A DNA stretch of 64,000 bases from an uncultured Planctomycetota bacterium (lineage in GTDB: Bacteria; Planctomycetota; Planctomycetia; Gemmatales; Gemmataceae), in NCBI GenBank assembly GCA_963849325.1, contig CAWKHF010000005.1:1088001-1152000 (forward strand), in the 5' to 3' direction. Below are positions 59,298-64,000 of the stretch, piece by piece (position 1 is the stretch's first letter; each line of letters opens with the position of its first letter). Below the pieces are notes generated by a model. That model was not told the DNA's origin. It did no database searches and was given only the letters and a program-made list of their open reading frames with translations. The position numbers and the translations under genes are program-made.

Positions 59298-59937
59298 ATG
59301 ACCTCACCGCAACGTCGCCGGACGGACGGTTCTCGCCCCGCCGCGCGCCTGACCAAGGCCGAGCGCAAGCGTCAGCTCCTCGCCCATGCCAAACACCTGT
59401 TCGTCACCCAGGGCTATCACGCCACGACCACCGAGAAGATCGCCCAGGCCGCCGGCGTCAGCGAGCCGGTGCTGTACCGTCACTTCGACAGCAAGAAAGC
59501 CCTGTTCCTGGAAGTGCTCGAAGAGGTCCGCGCCGCCACCCTCGAACGCTGGCGCGAGGAGACAGCCGGCCTGACCGACCCCCTGGCCAAATTGCACGCC
59601 ATCGCCGATATGTACCTCGGCTCGACGCGGGCGCACGCCGTCGAGTTCCGCATCATGCACCGCACCCTCGTCGAGGCCGACGACGAGGAGATCGTCGCCC
59701 TGCTGCGCTCCTTCTATCTGGACAGCGAAGGGTTGCTGACGAAGATCATCGCCGAGGGGCAGCAAGCCGGCGTCTTCCGGCGCTCGCTCGATCCGCGCCG
59801 GCGCCTGGGAGATGATCCGCACCGCCCTGGGATACACGCTGACCCTGCCGCTCGGCATCCCGCTATTCGCCGAGGAAAACTACATCCCCCAGGCCATCGA
59901 CTGCCTGCTGCACTGCCTGCTGAAAACGGACGTTTAG
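59298..59937 (+). CDS. TetR/AcrR family regulator (frameshift near 59800)
   Basis: GYHATTTEKIAQAAGVSEPVLYRHFDSKKALF. Confidence 0.9.
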
Positions 59938-59986
59938 CCGCGACGCGCAGTGGAGCGCAGCGCTCCGCTGCGCGTCGCGGCTAAAC
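59932..59986. repeat. Palindrome between convergent genes (REP-like, possible terminator)
   Basis: TTTAGCCGCGACGCGCAGTGGAGCG / CGCTCCGCTGCGCGTCGCGGCTAAA. Confidence 0.75.
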
Positions 59987-59994
59987 GAGATTGG

Positions 59995-60315
59995 TCAGGT
60001 CGGCTCGATGATGACGGCCAATCCCTTGCTGGCGAACTGCTCGGCGTACAGCTCGGCGCGTTCGAGGTAGGTTGTCAGGACGACGGAGCGGCCACAGTGG
60101 TAGGCCTCCCACATCTTGTGCGTCGCTTCGGCGCGGGGGAAGCGGGTCAGTTCCATGACGCTGCGGACGATGAACATGAGGTCGTCGATCGCGCTCTGCA
60201 GCAGAATCACCTTGTACCGCGGCATCGCATTTTTCTTCTCGATAGGGCATTGACGGGCACTGAACTGACTGGGACGGCGCGGCATGTCTGGACGTTCGGC
60301 GTTGGGCAGGCTCAT
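59995..60315 (-). CDS. ClpS-like adaptor, divergent
   Basis: PRYKVILL...MFIV..VMELT....EA...MWEA...GRSVVLTT..ERAELYAEQF. Confidence 0.7.
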   Translation of the reverse strand: MSLPNAERPDMPRRPSQFSARQCPIEKKNAMPRYKVILLQSAIDDLMFIVRSVMELTRFPRAEATHKMWEAYHCGRSVVLTTYLERAELYAEQFASKGLAVIIEPT

Positions 60316-60583
60316 GAGTGGACCCCTTCTCTCGGTTGGCGAGTGTAGAGAAAGGAGCGTTGGTGCCAACACGCGGACCTCACTCCACCCCCATTATAAA
60401 TCCGCGACGGGGGCATTCCCAGACGGACCTCGTGCGCCGCTGGTGAAGAGCCAGGGAAGGGAGTTCCGAATGTATCGCTTAATCCGAAAATAACGAGGTC
60501 CAATGGCAAAAGATGAGCGGCGGAAGCATGGTCTCGGCATCGAAAAAACGGTATTGGGCGTTCAGCTGCGCCGGCTCAAAAAG

Positions 60584-61191
60584 AAAGTCCACGGGCCGGC
60601 CTGTAAGCCGGGTCCTGTCCCGCGTCGAGCGCGGGGACGGTCATTTCTCTGGTCTGCCGGTTGCCCGGCAGCTTAAGCGACCTACCCGAGGGTCGTAACG
60701 GGCCGGACCAGCCCTGCCCCCTTATTTGGTCTTGCTCCCGGTGGGGTTTGCCGAGCCAGCCTGTCACCAGGCTGCTGGTGCGCTCTTACTAAAAGTCTCC
60801 GCCAACTCTGCCGCCCTTTACTGGATGTACCTGTGCAAATAGGTGCTATTGAAGTAGAGCCGGACGGTTCCCATCGGCCGCTTCCATCGTGAGAAACGCT
60901 TCCTGCCTCATCTTGGTTACATCCTCGCAAAGGGCGGCAGAGTCAACGAAGACTCGCACCTTTTCACCCTTACCTGATCCCGGCTAGAGCCGGGCCATCG
61001 GCGGTATCCTTTCTGTTGCACTTTCCCGGTCCTTCGTTCATCCCCCTCCCGATGGGAGAAGGGGAACTTCGGACGGTGGGCGTTACCCACCACCGCGTCC
61101 TGTGGAGCCCGGACTTTCCTCCCTCCGCTTCCCCGCCGAGGGGTCTCGGCGGCTTGGCGGACAGCGACCGTCCGGCCGACCCGTGGACTTT
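60584..61191 (-). ncRNA. rnpB: RNase P RNA (type A) with a large insertion
   Basis: GAGGAAAGTCCGGGCTCC, GGAAAGTGCAACAGAAA, GGGTGAAAAGGTGCG, GTAAGAGCGCACC, GGCAAACCCC and ACAGGACCCGGCTTA; P1 GTCCACGGG/CCCGTGGAC; TATAAT at 61196-61201. Confidence 0.96.
60790..60954 (-). other. 165-nt insertion in the rnpB P13 loop, closed by a 28-bp stem
   Basis: Splits conserved GGTGCG|GTAAGAGCGCACC; arms 60794-60821 and 60927-60954 are complementary. Confidence 0.9.
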
Positions 61192-61252
61192 CGCTATTAT
61201 AGCGGACAGCGGGCAAGCGGGGGCGGTTCGGGAGAAGAGGACGAATCCGGAC

Positions 61253-62182
61253 ATGGCGGCTCACACAATTGACTGGGACGCGACTCCGCCCGACGAGTGC
61301 CGCGGCGGGGTGGTGTCCATCGGTAATTTCGACGGCGTGCATCGCGGTCATGCCGCCCTGCTGGCCGAGCTGCGCCGCCAGGCCGAGGAGATCGGTGGGC
61401 CGGCCATCGCCTTGACGTTCGAGCCGCACCCGATCGACCTGCTCCGTCCCGGTCAGTCGCCGCCGCTGTTGACCACGGCGGAGGACCGCGCCCGATTGCT
61501 GCAAGAGTTGGGCGCCGATCACGTCCTCGTCCTGCGAATTACCCAGGAGATGCTGGCGCTGCGGGCGGCGGAGTTCTTCGCTCGGGTGATCCAGGAACAC
61601 CTGGCCGCTCGGGCGCTGGTGGAGGGCCCTAACTTCGGCTTCGGTCGCGGCCGTGAGGGTGACGTACACACGCTGGCGCGACTGTGCGAGCCGGCCGGCG
61701 TCCGATTGACGGTCGTTCCGCCGGTCATCCTTGATGGCGTCGAAGTGTCCAGCAGCCGGGTGCGCTCCGCTCTGACGGCCGGCGCCGTCCGCGAAGCCGC
61801 GGCCTTGCTGGGACGTCCCTACCGGCTGCACGGCCTCGTCGGCACCGGACAGCGGCGCGGACAAAAACTCGGCTTCCCGACCGCCAACCTCGAACCGATG
61901 CGCACCCTCGTCCCCGGCGACGGCGTGTACGCGGTGCGCGTGCCCCACCAAGGAAAAATGTGGACGGGCGCGGCCAACGTCGGTCCGAATCCGACCTTCG
62001 GCGAAAACGCTCGCAAAGTCGAGGTCCATCTGATCGATTTCCGGGGCGACCTCTACGGTCGTCCGCTGGCCGTGGATTTCATCGAGCGCCTGCGCGATAC
62101 GCGGTCCTTCGGCAGTGCTGGGGAGTTAGTCGAACAACTCCGCCGCGATGTCGAGGGTGCCCGGTCGGCGGCGGGGCACTGA
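61253..62182 (+). CDS. ribF: Bifunctional riboflavin kinase/FAD synthetase
   Basis: IGNFDGVHRGH, TFEPHP, VSSSRVR, LGFPTANL, NVGPNPTF and EVHL. Confidence 0.96.
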   Translation: MAAHTIDWDATPPDECRGGVVSIGNFDGVHRGHAALLAELRRQAEEIGGPAIALTFEPHPIDLLRPGQSPPLLTTAEDRARLLQELGADHVLVLRITQEMLALRAAEFFARVIQEHLAARALVEGPNFGFGRGREGDVHTLARLCEPAGVRLTVVPPVILDGVEVSSSRVRSALTAGAVREAAALLGRPYRLHGLVGTGQRRGQKLGFPTANLEPMRTLVPGDGVYAVRVPHQGKMWTGAANVGPNPTFGENARKVEVHLIDFRGDLYGRPLAVDFIERLRDTRSFGSAGELVEQLRRDVEGARSAAGH

Positions 62183-62195
62183 CAGCGAGGTGACA

Positions 62196-63903
62196 ATGAC
62201 AGCGAGTGAACCGCCCGGGAACGATGCGGCGTCTCTGCCGCCGACGCGCCGCCATCTCTTGCGGCTGCTGGCTGGCCTGGGCGTCGGCTCGGCCGTGTTT
62301 CACCGTGCCCTGGCCGCCGACGCCGAGAAGGCGGCCCAGGTAACACCCGAGATGATTCGGCAGGCCGAGTGGATCTCGGGAATCACCCTCTCCGACGAGG
62401 ACCGCAAGACGGTCGCCAACAGCGTCAACCACGCCTTGAAAGCGTTCGAGGCGATGCGGTCGATCAAGCTCGCCAATGAAATCCCGCCGGCGCTATCGTT
62501 CCACCCGGCGCCGTGGTTGCCGCCCTCCGGCGAACCTCTTCGCCGCAACGTCGAACCGACCGTGCAGGCGGTCCCGAAGAAACCCGACGCGGCCGAGGAT
62601 CTGGCCTTCCTGCCCGTCACCGCCCTGGCGGCCCTGGTCCGCGCTCGCCAGGTATCGTCCGTCGAATTGACGAAGCTCTCTCTCGAACGGCTGCGGAAAT
62701 ACGATCCCGTCCTGCGCTGCGTGGTGAGTTCTACGGAAGACCTGGCCCTGAAGCAGGCGGAGCGCCGCCGACCGCGAAATCGCCGCGGGTCGCTACCGAG
62801 GGCCGTTGCACGGCATCCCCTGGGGCGCGAAAGACCTCATCGCCTATCCCGGCTACAAGACCACCTGGGGGGCGGCCCCGTTCAAGGAACAGGTGATCGA
62901 CACCAAGGCGACGGTGGCCCGGCGTCTGGAGGAGGCGGGCGCAGTCCTCGTGGCCAAGCTGACGCTGGGGGCGCTGGCGATGGGTGATCGCTGGTTCGGC
63001 GGCATGACGCGCAATCCGTGGGATCCGCGAAGAGGCTCCAGCGGCTCGTCGGCCGGGCCGGCGTCGGCGACGGCCGCTGCACTGGTCGGCTTCGCCATCG
63101 GCAGCGAGACGCTGGGCAGCATCGTTTCGCCGTCGCGCGTTTGCGGCGTCACCGGCCTGCGTCCGACCTTTGGCCGCGTCAGCCGGCACGGCTGCATGAC
63201 CTTGGCGTGGAGCATGGACAAGCTCGGTCCCCTGTGTCGCTCCGTCGAGGACTGCGCCCTCGTCTTCGCCGCCATCCACGGCTTCGACGGACTCGATCCC
63301 AGCGCGGTCGATCGTCCGTTCGCCTGGCCGCCGCGCCGCGATCTGCGCACATTAAAGGTCGGTTACGTTGAGAAGGCGGGTGCGGAGCGGGCCGAACTGC
63401 GCGTGCTCCGCGACCTCGGCGTCCGCCTGGTGCCGATCGAACTGCCGACGAAGTATCCGCTGGGACCGCTGACGCTGATCCTCGACACTGAGGCGGCGGC
63501 GGTCTTCGACGAGCTGACGCGCCAGGGCGTCACGGAGGGCCTCAACGCCTGGCCGCGCATCTTCCGCCAGGGCCAGTTCGTGCCGGCCGTCGAATATCTC
63601 CGCGCCAATCGCATCCGCACGCTGGTCATGCGCGAGATGGACGACGTGATGCGGCAAGTGGATCTTTATGTCGGCGGCAATGATCTGCTGCTGACCAACC
63701 TGACGGGACACCCGACCGTCGTACTGCCCAACGGCTTCCGCAAGTCCGGCGATGTCGAATTGCCAACGTCGATCGCCTTCACGGGCCGGCTCTACGGCGA
63801 GACGGAGTTGCTGGCGGTGGCCCATGCCTACCAGCAGGCGACCGGGCATCACCTCAAGCGACCGCCGATGGACAAGGTGACGCCGGAAGCAGAGAAGAAG
63901 TGA
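62196..63903 (+). CDS. Amidase signature family protein with Tat signal (frameshift near 62765)
   Basis: TRRHLL, HGIPWGAKD, GSSGSSAG, GSETLGSIVSP and GLRPTFGRVSR. Confidence 0.9.
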
Positions 63904-64000
63904 GCGACGGGGCCGAGGTCCCGTTCAACGGGATTTCGGAAGAGCTTGGCTCTCGTGCGGTAAGGGAGGATTGGACGAGGGAGGGCCGTCTGTATCCGGC

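Noticed and set aside
60790-60954. rnpB insertion as a group I/II intron or an IS
   Set aside because: Too short, with no ORF and no recognisable catalytic-core or domain V motifs.
529-63903. Many frameshifted genes read as pseudogenes or programmed frameshifts
   Set aside because: Single-base indels are scattered through about 15 unrelated genes, including essential pheT, without in-frame stop decay or slippery motifs; this is most consistent with long-read consensus error.

Overview
A high-GC bacterial window, almost certainly a planctomycete (Gemmataceae-like). The evidence is DUF1501, DUF1549/1553, DUF1559 and DUF4058 genes, an MtdC-type C1 gene, Ser/Thr kinases and many large intergenic palindromes. 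About 15 genes, including essential pheT, are broken by single-base frameshifts, which I read as long-read sequencing error. Contents in order: a YyaL/DsbD-N pair; a SAM-I riboswitch-led operon (ThrC-like enzyme, MoaD/ThiS carrier, ThiF/MoeB, cysteine desulfurase); infC(AUU)-rpmI-rplT-pheS-[Uma2]-pheT; three non-canonical tRNA genes; a 17-kb BlaI-controlled operon (BlaR1-WD40 fusion, three mosaic WD40 paralogs, DUF1549/1553, DUF1501, EF-hand protein); mtd and DUF1464; toxin-antitoxin (TA) pairs; a putA split by DUF4058; rnpB, ribF and an amidase. The most unusual items are: (1) an RNase P RNA with a 165-nt insertion closed by a 28-bp stem in the P13 loop; (2) a tRNA cluster behind an ECF-type promoter, with a Pro-body tRNA lacking U33/G37 and a Ser(GCU) tRNA lacking the variable arm; (3) the BlaR1/WD40 paralog array with a possible internal start at the cleavage motif; (4) palindromic repeats embedded in-frame in pheT and thiF; and (5) a probable sulfur-carrier-dependent homocysteine pathway. 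All family assignments come from motif recognition by eye; no database search was run.
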